Assembly: GCA_002269645.1 (NCBI GenBank) | Contig: NIVC01000405.1 | Location: 314,173-378,172, forward strand | DNA from: Macrostomum lignano | Lineage: Eukaryota | DNA: 64,000 nucleotides | Direction of reading: 5' to 3' | In this document: in pieces, positions 49,532-59,403 of the stretch | Numbering within the stretch: position 1 is the stretch's first letter | Layout: each line of letters opens with the position of its first letter | Position numbers and translations under genes: made by a program | Notes under the pieces: generated by a model | Told to the model about the DNA's origin: nothing | Databases searched by the model: none | What the model saw: the letters and a program-made list of their open reading frames with translations, nothing else

Positions 49532-51514
49532 TATATTAGTCATATTTCTCCTTTATGAGGGGTTTCGACCTTTCAGGCCCCTTGTGAGGAAGCCTTCGGG
49601 CCTCAGGTCTCAGAAATGAATCAATTAGAGTCCTGGCCCCCCACTCCTGTCAGATGGTCAGCCCCATGGTAGCTTGATCGTGTGGCGAGCAGTCTAGGTC
49701 CTATAGCTAAGAGAGGGACAGCGAGAGACAAGCAGGGAGAATTTTGAAGGTAGAAATTAGCTAATCCGCAGACTAAGCTAACTCGCTGCCACCAGCCCGT
49801 GCGCCCTGGCTCACCACACCGGGACTCTCGAAATCGGGCTTCCGACTAGAAGGGGCTTTGCACTACCTGCCAACTAGTGTCTTTTTGCTGTCAATCTCGA
49901 AGTCATAGCCGATGATAAGGGACACGGCTGGGACTAGATCGCATTGGCCATGCAGGTACAGAGGGGATTTGTGCAGGGGATTCTTGCAGTGGCGAGTCTA
50001 TGGGGTAGCTACATGTACTATTACATTGCTAAATACGAAGATATGTACTTTTGACCTTCAACGCGCCAACTAGCCTCTCAAAGCGCTGATGATAGACTAA
50101 CTCGAACTTCAGAGACCGCATGATTCATTACCCGAGCCGCTTGGCTGACCTAGAGTGCACAAAGTACATCTCTGGCGCCGATTCTGCACTTCTGGCAGTT
50201 TTGCTCACTGATTTGATTGATTGATCGACTGAGAACTGCCTTGCCATTGGTCCACTGTGACCGGCGCCTACTAGCTTAGCTACTCATCTGAGCCATCGGC
50301 GAACAAAGAAATAAAACCGATAAAAATAACTGTTAGATTTAACCTTCTCCATAGATCACTTCACACCTCAGATTGAATTGGAGTTTCAGACTACTAGCAG
50401 TATTATTAAGTGATTTCTGCCTCAATAACAGCACTACTGAACAAAATGAGCAAAAGTGTGCGCCTAATCCAGCTACTGAAACAGGGGACAGACAGGGAAT
50501 CACCCAATCAAGCAAGTCTAGGTAGCCTCTCACCCAACCAATCAGAAACTCAACAACCGGAGAGACCAGGTAATCCACAGTGACCGAATCGGCTTGATGC
50601 TCTGCAGCTGTAGACTCGAGATGATGCTGACACAATCTTCGCTGATAGCTAGCAGGTGATGATCTTCGCTTGATGTTCGCTGCTGTCGACCGGGGGATTC
50701 GTCCTTGATGATGATGGGGGGAAGTCGCAATCCGGGGATCAAGAAACGACGGTCGCGCTCCGGGAACCAGAAGTTGCTTGCTGGGCCCGAGCAAGTTGGA
50801 GTCCGAGCGGGCCAAAAACACCGGTTTAAATAGCCGCCAACTGGACCGCAGTTTGTTATAATGGAACACATCGATTCTGATTGGCTGAGCCGTTTTGTTA
50901 AAATGAGCGCCGAATTTTCTGATTGGCTAAGCTTGTTGCTACCCAGAATCACGTGACCGGGAGATCCTATCAGTTGCCACAGGGTCGTAAAAAGATGACA
51001 GGTGCGGCCATAAATCACTCAAAATCGCAACAAAATGATTTATGACTTTTCGCGTAGGATTGACAGAAATTAATGAAAAAATATACATTAGAAAGCTCTT
51101 ATTAAATAATCACTAATCCCAAAGTACTTTTAGGGGTAAAACGCATAGCTGTCAAAGCTGTCACACGCTTGAGTGAATCCGAACAATAGGCTCTGACCTC
51201 ATAAATCTTGATGGCCTTCAAAATGATGAGAAAAAAGCTACCGCCCGCATCCTCTCAGACCATCTGGCGCCCGTCTCAACACTGAGTGAGGCGCAGGTGG
51301 CTGTCAGACCAGCTTCGAAAGCGATGATTTACGACCCAAAAAGCTGCGCCTATGTTATTATGACTACTAGTATGGCCAGACATTATATCTAGTATAGATT
51401 CTATGACTATTCGCAGAAAAAGGATAAAAATACCCCTCGCCCACTGTTAGTAGGCTAGTAAGTTCAGAGCCCATGTGCTAGCGCGGGATTTGGGAAAAAG
51501 TGCGTCCTCATCAC
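48537..51514. repeat. Right arm (3.0 kb) of the large inverted repeat
   Basis: See left arm; 292 bp unique spacer at 48245-48536. Confidence 0.95.
48758..49052 (+). promoter_or_regulatory. Putative U3-like enhancer/promoter: Fox-type palindrome, 3 AP-1 sites, 2 CRE sites, TATA box
   Basis: 28 bp perfect palindrome 48758-48785 containing GTAAACA/TGTTTAC; TGA(G/C)TCA at 48805, 48849 and 48875; TGACGTCA at 48914 and 48986; TATAAATA at 49045. Confidence 0.5.
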
Positions 51515-52154
51515 TTTCAAATATTATATTTTATACAATTTTGTTATCACCTGATTAATATCTATATAATTTATTTTTATAACCTATGGGCTAAACTGTT
51601 TTGCGCAATATCGCCAACTACATACATTATTTCACGCAATACTTGTTTAACTCCTTGCTTTTTCTTTCACTTCGTTAGTCGTCCAAAATTTCGTCAACAA
51701 CATTTACGCGTTCTTTCAAATACCATATTACTAAACTCGTACAATCGTAATTACATGTAAATAACTAATGCTAAAATATTGCCTTCTGTTCCTGAAGTAA
51801 TCTTAAATACACAGAAATATATTGGCCAAACAGGCTTCTTGCCTGAGCCAAACTTACTACTACTACTACTACTACTCAATAGCATATCCAATAAAAATAC
51901 TACTTAGCAGCTTTAGGACTGATACTATTCTTTCTTATGGTTCAGTTCCAGTCGAATCTGCTTGGTCCGAAATTTTAAGGGTTCAAAAAAAAATAAAAAG
52001 TATTTATTTGCGTTTAAGTTTAATCATTGTCCATCTCTGCTGATTTTACACGTACGGATGCACAGATAATTTATGTACGACATAGATGTAGAATGTACCT
52101 TTGAAGCCCCCTATTTTATCAAGAATTGTTGACTTACATTGACAATTGACTTAA

Positions 52155-52810
52155 TTAATTACATACAGGAGGTTCCGAGCAGGATGCAGCGATTGGAGGC
52201 GCGCGTTGTTGCCCCCCCATAATTAATACCGCATAGTGCTGCGGTGTCGCGCAGGGAGATGCCAATCCGGTGGTGCCGGTGACGTGCCGCGATCGTCCTA
52301 GAGAGTTCCAGTGCAGGAGGGTGCACGGATGCATGGTCGCTCGCCCTCTGTAAGCTTTGGGATCAGACGAGCTGCATGCAGCCATAGGCAGAGAGATTCT
52401 CTAGTCTGAAATTTTTAACGTCGGAGAGGTCTGGTTTTGGGCCGAGGTAGGTGAGCCAGTCCTGAGTAAAGCCGGGCATTCACAGACGAAGTGCTTCGCA
52501 TTCTCGACACCGGAGAGGCAGAATGGGCATTCCTCGCTACACATTTTTCCCTAGAGGTGGCGATGCCGGGCAAAACAGCCATGACCCGAGAGGCGGGCCA
52601 TGGGCCGGTCACCGCTCTTGATGTCCCTATGGTTGAGACCAAGCAAGGCCCTGCGAAGGGCGGGGGGAGGGCAGGGGACAGAGGACAGGATTGCCGGCAG
52701 TCGGGGGCGTTAGCCCACCTGATCTCCGGTGCTCTGAATTCACCGGCCGTAGGGCAACCAGTAAAAAATCCGGCCGAGCCAGTCTTGGCCAAGCGATCGG
52801 CCAACAAGAA
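52155..52810 (-). mobile_element. Degenerate 3' part of an RNase H-containing non-LTR retrotransposon (RNase H end + CCHC knuckle)
   Basis: ADRLAKTGS (RNase H C-terminal motif) and, in another frame, LSGHGCFARH...ECPFCLSGVENAKHFVCECPA...YLGPKPDLSD. Confidence 0.7.
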
Positions 52811-54124
52811 TGTTGTATACGCGACTTTAAGTGTTAAGAACTTAACTTACGGTTTAAAGAATGTACATGAGTAGTATTTGAATCCTTTCTTTTGGACGCC
52901 TAGGACTTCCTTCATTTCAATACACGCACGTACATACGATTTGTACAGCTGTCACGTTGTTGATGTAGTGGCTATGGCTATCGCTAGGACCCTTAAAAGG
53001 GCCGTTTTGACGAGAGTTGCCGTAAGTCGTAGTCCCAAAATGAATCGAAGTCAATTCTTGTAAAGCGGGTTGTGTAGCGGAGCACTTGGCGATAAAGGCA
53101 GGAAACTGCCGTAGTTGATTTATTGTTGAGATCAATATTAGGACTGGTTACTGACAATATAAAACTTATAGCGTTATGGGCACTGGCGGCTGCAACAATG
53201 GTTTTGAAGGCAATAGAATATGAAGTCAGTGGCAGACGAAGGATACAATGGCGACGCAACGCGGTGAGTAATGGCGTTGAGCACAGTGAAGGCGGTGAGT
53301 AGCAAGTAGACAGGCAGATGAGTAGTGGCGAGATTGGCGTTAGCCGTGGTGGCACACAGTGAAGTAACAGTGTAAACAGGCTGGCCCAAACAGAGGGGCC
53401 GTGGCGAGAGATAAGGAGGCTTGAGGCAGCCAGACAGTCTAGACAGGGGGGCCGCGAAGACAGAAGGGACGCGATGGCAAGAAGGTGAAAAACCCCCCAG
53501 CCCGCCGCCAGGCGGAGGCTAATAAAGGAGCGCAAAGGGTTAGCATAAAACACGGAGAGTTATCATTGGCTGGCGGGGGAACTTGAAATTATCGATCGTG
53601 CAAGTTTTCTACGGTCGCGCGAAAGGATAGCAAAGTACGTGGTGAATTAGCGATTGACACAGATTCGTTGCGCGCTACTACAAGTAAACGTTAGAATAAA
53701 CGATTGGAAAATTTAAAATGAGAAACTGCAGAGAAACTGCAATCCAACGGCCCTTTTGAGGACACACCCCAAAATGACAACGTCACACAGCGGTTAGGGC
53801 TGGTGGAATATATATTTTGTGCTGTGTAAAAGTGTAATAATAATACTAATTAAGACTTTTAACACTGAAAATAATTAGAAAAAACAACTAATTACACAAG
53901 AGTTTACCCTTTACAATCAGATACATTTTACGAATGTACATGTAAATAGAGAATAAAAAGAATATATATGTAGTAACTTGTTGAGTATTCAGTACGCACA
54001 GGAACGCATCATAGTATATCTACATGTAAATGTGAACGTACTTTAAAGCGCGCACTTAAAATAAATAGACATCACTTACAACAACAACAACAACAGAGTA
54101 CGCTGCCAGTTCACAAAAGCAGCG

Positions 54125-57100
54125 TCAGATGGCGCGCTTCAAAGCTTGGGCGCGAACAAAAGCCGCACCGCCGGCAGAGTCCGGGGCGCCGGCGTCAGCC
54201 AGCAGACAGTCGACGTAGCGCCGAGTCTTCGCCTGTCCCCGCCGGTAGGGTGCCTGCAACGTAAGTAGCAGCACCTCCTGCACCGGCTCCGGACAGTAGG
54301 CCTCGGCGCGGATGACGTGGCCTGCCAGCTGGAGTCGCCGACGGCGCAGCAGATCGCTAGGACGGGCCAGGCCGGCGCGATGATAGAGCGCCGTGTTGGT
54401 GACTCGCTCGTTGCCGATCTTGAAGGCGGCGCGCAGCAGGCCAGCGTGCGCCGCGTCGACTTGAGCCTCGAGCGAGTCTGTCAGCGTCCAGGTCTCGGCG
54501 TTGTATAACAGGACGGTCTCGATCACCGCCTGGAACAGCGCCGCCCTCTGGCGGTCCGGTAGGGCCTCGGACTGCAGGACTGACCTTATAGAACGAAAGG
54601 CAGCCCAAGCAAGTCCTCGGCGACGCCGCAGATCCTCGCGGACGTCGGGAACCAGACCGCCGAGGTAGACGAACTGCTGACATCTTGGAAGCTCACTCGC
54701 CTGTCCGTCAGCGCCTCGGCAGAAGATTGCAGCCTCGGTGTCGTCCGGCACGCATAGCACGACGGTCTTCTGCGTGTTGACCACCAGGCCGACGCTCGCC
54801 GCAACGGCAACCAGCCTATCCAGCTGTCGTTGGGCGCCCTCGACGGTCGAGGACAGCAGGGCGAGGTCATCGGCGTAGCCAAGCACGCTGAGCCGTCTCT
54901 CCGGTTGGCGTCGACCCACGCGTCGCCGCAGCAGGAAGCCGTCGTCGTTGGAAGGCAGAGCAGTCCGTAGCACCCAGTCAAGCACCAGAATAAATAGGAA
55001 CGGCGCTAGCGTATCTCCCTGGAGCACCCCGGAGGATGTCTCGAAGAAATCCGATAGGCCGTCCGGTGTTGAGACAGCAGCCGTCGTGCCGTGGTACAGC
55101 GCCATGACAGCAGAAATCAGCAGCTCTGGCACGTTGTACGCACGGAGCACCTCTGGGAGCGCGTCCCTCACGACCGAGTCGAAAGCCTTCCTGAAATCGA
55201 CGAAGATCAGGATCAGGGTCAACTGGCGGATGCGCGCCTCCTCGATGACTCGTCGAAGAGCCAGGATCTGCGTCACTGTGCCGCGATGGGGCCGGAATCC
55301 GTTCTGCTCAGGTCGCAGGTACGGGTCCAGCACAGGCTGTAACCGCGATAGCAGCATGCGGTTGAACAGCTTCGCGGCGCAGGACTGTAGGCAGATGCCT
55401 CGATGCTCCTCGAGCTTGGTGGTGCCCGGCTTCTTTGGAATGGCGACGATGTGCGCCGTGGTCCATTCGTTTGGCGCCACCTCACCGAAAAGCACGCGGT
55501 TCATCACTCTGGCGACCTCAGTGGCCACGCAGTGGATCCGCAGCGCCTCGGTGGGCACCTCGTCCGGACCAAGCGCTTTGCCGCCTGGCGACTGCCGAGC
55601 GAACTTCACAACGTCGGCTGTGCTGACTGGGGCAACATTGAAGCTCTCCTCCGCCGGCAACGGCGTCTCCGGCGGCAGCCTCAGATTTTCTGGAAGCGGA
55701 GGGGGCGGCGCGTTGACAATGGCGGCGAAGAACTCGCGCAGCTCGTTCCTGCGCTCATCCGGAGTGTCGCCTGCCAGGTTGAGCGCGATGCGCCGCTTTC
55801 GCCCCGTCAGAGTGTTGATGGCGGACCAGGCCACGCGCCCTCTGGCATCGGGCCCTGCGGCAGAGACGGCTTGGATGGCGTCATCGACAGCGGACTGCTG
55901 CCGCTGCAGGTAGACAGCCGCCAGAGCCTCCTCCGCCTCGCGAGTTGGCCGCCCACTCAGTCGGAGCCTCTCCAGATCTTCCCTCGCTTCGTCGATCGCG
56001 GGGTCGTCCTGCCAGACCGGCTGCCCGCGCTGGGCCGGTCGCATCAGCGGGACTGCTTGCTCCGCAGCGGCTCGAACTGCAGCGCTCACCTCCGCGTACT
56101 CGGCTCCTCCACGCTTGTCGCCCAGCGCAGTGACAAAGGCACCGGCAAAGCGACGTCGCGTCTCGGCGTCCCTGAGCGCGCGGTAGTAGCGCCGCGGTGG
56201 CCGCTTTGGCGGACGGTAGAGCGGGTCCCGAAGCCGAAGGTCGCAGATGAGCAGCCGATGGTCGGACCGCAGAGCCAGCGGCGTAATGGTGTGGCAGTTG
56301 GTGACGCGGCGGCGCTCACGAAAGCGCACAAGCACGTGGTCGAGCTGTGCCAGCCTCCGCGTAGCGTTCCGGCCGCGCGCGTTCCGCCGCCTCCGCTTGC
56401 AGCCCACGAAGGTCGCGAGCCTGCCCGGTGACTTGCGGAATCTGGTGTTGGCCGACACCATGTCCTGTCTCTCCAGGAAGTCCTCTAGCGCTCCGGTGTT
56501 GCCGTTCTCGCGCGCTGTCACAAACAGCGATCGCTCGGACCTACGCAGAACTGCGTTCAGGTCTCCGAGAATGACCACTGTGTCACGTTGCGCCATCTCC
56601 TCCACCCGCACCGAGAGTTGCTCGAAGAAGGCCTGAGCCTCATCGGAGCGGGTAGCAGGCGGCGCATACGCGCAGAACAGGCGGGTGTTCCGGCCGCGAA
56701 GCCGGACGTCGACCCGAAGCAGCCGAGAAGACAGGGAGATGCAGCGACAGCTCTGCTGCAGCCTCGGTCCGATCAGCGCTCCAACTCCTCCACGGCCTCG
56801 CTCATCCGCTGAGGTGTACCAGAGTGTCCAACCGGCGCCCAGGTCCTCACAGTGAAGTCCGGGGTCGGCTCTGATAGACACCTCCTGTAGTGCGATGACA
56901 TCACAGCTGAGGTCGAGCGCTAGCCTCGCCAGCAGCCCTCTCCGCCATGTGGCCTTGAGAGTGCGGCAGTTCAGCGTCCCGACCCGAAGCGTGCCCTCTG
57001 GTACGGCTGGGGCTCGATGCTGGTGAGCCTCATGGTCCCCGGCGCCACCCGGAAGATCCAATTGGGCCAGCGCAGCAGCAGCTCGGCGGGCGGCGCCACG

Positions 57101-57241
57101 TTGCCGACCTCGCCAGTTTCGCTCGCGACGGCGTTCAACTCGCCGACGCGCGCTCCGCTGCCCTCGCTTGGTCCTGCCGCATTTGGCCGCCGCAGCAGTT
57201 AAGCGCGGCTCTCCACTCTCACCACGAGGAGGTAGCGGCAT
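54125..57241 (-). CDS. RTE LINE ORF: APE endonuclease + reverse transcriptase, 1038 aa, uninterrupted
   Basis: EN motifs GTLNCRTL, IALQEV, CAYAP, GDLNA, LDHVL, SDH; RT motifs QNGFRPHRGT, FVDFRKAFDSV, GVLQGDTLAPFLF, YADDLALL, FVYLG. Confidence 0.96.
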   Translation of the reverse strand: MPLPPRGESGEPRLTAAAAKCGRTKRGQRSARRRVERRRERNWRGRQRGAARRAAAALAQLDLPGGAGDHEAHQHRAPAVPEGTLRVGTLNCRTLKATWRRGLLARLALDLSCDVIALQEVSIRADPGLHCEDLGAGWTLWYTSADERGRGGVGALIGPRLQQSCRCISLSSRLLRVDVRLRGRNTRLFCAYAPPATRSDEAQAFFEQLSVRVEEMAQRDTVVILGDLNAVLRRSERSLFVTARENGNTGALEDFLERQDMVSANTRFRKSPGRLATFVGCKRRRRNARGRNATRRLAQLDHVLVRFRERRRVTNCHTITPLALRSDHRLLICDLRLRDPLYRPPKRPPRRYYRALRDAETRRRFAGAFVTALGDKRGGAEYAEVSAAVRAAAEQAVPLMRPAQRGQPVWQDDPAIDEAREDLERLRLSGRPTREAEEALAAVYLQRQQSAVDDAIQAVSAAGPDARGRVAWSAINTLTGRKRRIALNLAGDTPDERRNELREFFAAIVNAPPPPLPENLRLPPETPLPAEESFNVAPVSTADVVKFARQSPGGKALGPDEVPTEALRIHCVATEVARVMNRVLFGEVAPNEWTTAHIVAIPKKPGTTKLEEHRGICLQSCAAKLFNRMLLSRLQPVLDPYLRPEQNGFRPHRGTVTQILALRRVIEEARIRQLTLILIFVDFRKAFDSVVRDALPEVLRAYNVPELLISAVMALYHGTTAAVSTPDGLSDFFETSSGVLQGDTLAPFLFILVLDWVLRTALPSNDDGFLLRRRVGRRQPERRLSVLGYADDLALLSSTVEGAQRQLDRLVAVAASVGLVVNTQKTVVLCVPDDTEAAIFCRGADGQASELPRCQQFVYLGGLVPDVREDLRRRRGLAWAAFRSIRSVLQSEALPDRQRAALFQAVIETVLLYNAETWTLTDSLEAQVDAAHAGLLRAAFKIGNERVTNTALYHRAGLARPSDLLRRRRLQLAGHVIRAEAYCPEPVQEVLLLTLQAPYRRGQAKTRRYVDCLLADAGAPDSAGGAAFVRAQALKRAI

Positions 57242-57260
57242 TTATCTGCACCGTGGTGCA
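57175..57260 (-). ncRNA. HDV-like self-cleaving ribozyme core at the RTE 5' end (P1 5' strand not found)
   Basis: Minus strand: TGCCGCT (P2) ACC (P3) TCCTCGT (L3) GGT (P3) GAGAGT (P1 3') GG (P1.1) AGA GCCGC GC TTAACT GC T GCGGC (P4) G GCCAA (J4/2) ATGCGGCA (P2, one bulge). Confidence 0.7.
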
Positions 57261-57367
57261 AATAAATTAAGACGCAAATAAATTAAGACGCAAATAAATT
57301 AAGACGCAAATAAATTAAGACGCAAATAAATTAAGACGCAAATAAATTAAGACGCAAATAAATTAAG
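57258..57367. repeat. 16 bp tandem repeat GCAAATAAATTAAGAC, 6 full copies plus a partial, at the LINE 5' end inside the TSD
   Basis: Direct periodicity. Confidence 0.92.
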
Positions 57368-57622
57368 AAATTATCACTTAAAATGTAAGCATACAGTACA
57401 TATAGAAATTAAGAAATTTCATTTCATCTCCAAGGTGCATGCATCAGCGCGGAAGGATTTATTTGGCTTGCAGGTTAAATTCTTCCAGAAATTTGCCCTT
57501 AAGTTTGCGCTTCAGACTTGACTGTGGATGCGAGAAGAATTTTTTGCTTGCTTTTACGTACATGCATATTACGCCAACGCTGATGCCTGTACAATGTACA
57601 TGTAACTAAATTGCATTGCACT

Positions 57623-58213
57623 AGAGGCGCCAGCACCAGAGGCGCCAGCACCAGAGGCGCCAGCACCAGAGGCGCCAGCACCAGAGGCGCCAGCACCAGA
57701 GGCGCCAGCACCAGAGGCGCCAGCACCAGAGGCGCCAGCACCAGAGGCGCCAGCACCAGAGGCGCCAGCACCAGAGGCGCCAGCACCAGAGGCGCCAGCA
57801 CCAGAGGCGCCAGCACCAGAGGCGCCAGCACCAGAGGCGCCAGCACCAGAGGCGCCAGCACCAGAGGCGCCAGCACCAGAGGCGCCAGCACCAGAGGCGC
57901 CAGCACCAGAGGCGCCAGCACCAGAGGCGCCAGCACCAGAGGCGCCAGCACCAGAGGCGCCAGCACCAGAGGCGCCAGCACCAGAGGCGCCAGCACCAGA
58001 GGCGCCAGCACCAGAGGCGCCAGCACCAGAGGCGCCAGCACCAGAGGCGCCAGCACCAGAGGCGCCAGCACCAGAGGCGCCAGCACCAGAGGCGCCAGCA
58101 CCAGAGGCGCCAGCACCAGAGGCGCCAGCACCAGAGGCGCCAGCACCAGAGGCGCCAGCACCAGGGCGCCAGCACCAGAGGCGCCAGCACCAGAGGCGCC
58201 AGCACCAGAGGCG
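57623..58213. repeat. Near-perfect 15 bp minisatellite (GGCGCCAGCACCAGA)n, about 39 copies
   Basis: Direct periodicity; one unit near 58163 lacks a base. Confidence 0.97.
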
Positions 58214-58233
58214 GTGATATGTGATACGTGAAA

Positions 58234-58653
58234 CTAATTGAGAAAAACAGTTTGCATCGATAGGTTTCTTACCGATGTACTTATCACGCCAGCCAACTTG
58301 CAGTGCACTGTTCTCGACTGCACCAGCGTATCCTTGTGCTCGATAACCAATCGGACTAGCAGATCTTCACGGTCCTCTCGCGCCTTGCAATGCTCAATTA
58401 ACAAGTCAATCTCGCTAGCGTCCATCTCAGCGTCCAGCATGTCCGTGAACCAGCCGCGAATGCGTTTCTCTTGATTTTCGTCCGGCACTTCTTCGGACAG
58501 GCCACAGTCGCTCAGCAGCTGCAGATAGAGACTCTTGGCTAGAGCGTCGAAGTTTGCAGCGTAGAAGTCGTCGTACCGGAGCAGACGCCTCGGAAACTGG
58601 ATGACGCCAGTTGGCAAAAAGTCAAATCGGAACGGCAGGGCGTGTGGTGCTTC
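58234..58653 (-). CDS. Ankyrin-cGLR gene, probable last exon (may instead splice out at GTAAGA, 58272)
   Basis: CACAG acceptor at 58654, phase 0 with the preceding exon; open to the stop at 58234. Confidence 0.6.
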   Translation of the reverse strand, partial: EAPHALPFRFDFLPTGVIQFPRRLLRYDDFYAANFDALAKSLYLQLLSDCGLSEEVPDENQEKRIRGWFTDMLDAEMDASEIDLLIEHCKAREDREDLLVRLVIEHKDTLVQSRTVHCKLAGVISTSVRNLSMQTVFLN

Positions 58654-58859
58654 CTGTGATGAAATATTGGTTTTGATGGTGTTGAGCATCAACCATGTAG
58701 CGCATCAACTCACTGTACGGCACTGAACTACTCTGTAAGGCCCTGTTTGGACTGAACCGCTGGGACGGCTGGGCGGTCACCATGGCGCTCACCATAGCGC
58801 TCACCAGGCTATTGCTGCTTCGCTAGGCATCGCTACCTCCAGGGAAAATCCTTAGTGAG

Positions 58860-59070
58860 GAATGAGGAAATGCCCTTTTTACCTCCCCGGTGCTGAGAAT
58901 GTCGAGCACAATTCTTCCGTGAATGCCCTGCCATTAGCTCGGCCCAAAACCGGATCTCTCCGACGCGTTCAGATCAAAGAATTTCTGCCAGCACCAGCAC
59001 TGCGGACACAGGACCTACCGGATCTTCCCGCGCGACACCACAGCACCAGCTTCAAGTTGTTACCATGCAG
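58860..59070 (+). mobile_element. Third remnant of the same RNase H-type non-LTR family (CCHC knuckle region), inside an intron
   Basis: GAGGAAATGCCCTTTT...CGTGAATGCCC...CTCGGCCCAAAACCGGATCTCTCCGACG resembles the reverse complement of about 52420-52540. Confidence 0.6.
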
Positions 59071-59403
59071 GGGTTGGCGGAATAGGCGTCAACCACCCCG
59101 CTGCTCATACGAGCGTAGCCCCTGCAGCTACGAGTATGTAAGATGAAGCATTTACTCTAGCTCGAAAAATAGCCTTGAACGTTTTATGGCCTAATCTCAA
59201 TAATGACATGTCAATAAGGCATGTAGCTTTGTAGCATGTAGCATGTAGCATGTAGCTTTGTAGTAATAAGGCATGTAGCATGTAGCTTTCCCTCTTAAGC
59301 GTACATGTAAAAAACAATTTCAAGATTAATTCGTGACTACTTAGGCTCTAAACAATGAATGGTACACTGAATGGCAACTAAAATTTTGCTTGAAATTAAT
59401 CAC

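Larger units (their letters stand above)
54079..57372 (-). mobile_element. Full-length RTE-clade LINE with TSD
   Basis: 8 bp direct repeat ATCACTTA at 54071-54078 and 57373-57380; 3' (GTT)n tail 54079-54095; 3'UTR hairpin ACGCTGC/GCAGCGT (54100-54125); single EN+RT ORF. Confidence 0.92.

Noticed and set aside
45220-51514. The inverted repeat as the TIRs of a Polinton or a DIRS element
   Set aside because: No TSD, no AG/AGT-type termini, and no coding remnant in the 292 bp spacer.
52993-53553. 186 aa ORF from a non-ATG start
   Set aside because: No recognisable domain or splice context; composition looks like the antisense of a purine-rich repeat remnant.
54948-56431. Long plus-strand ORFs (321 and 342 aa) antisense to the LINE RT
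   Set aside because: Expected shadows of a very GC-rich coding strand; no motifs.
57499-58231. LAPLV, GASTR and WCWRL repeat ORFs
   Set aside because: Frames of the 15 bp minisatellite; no supported exon boundaries.
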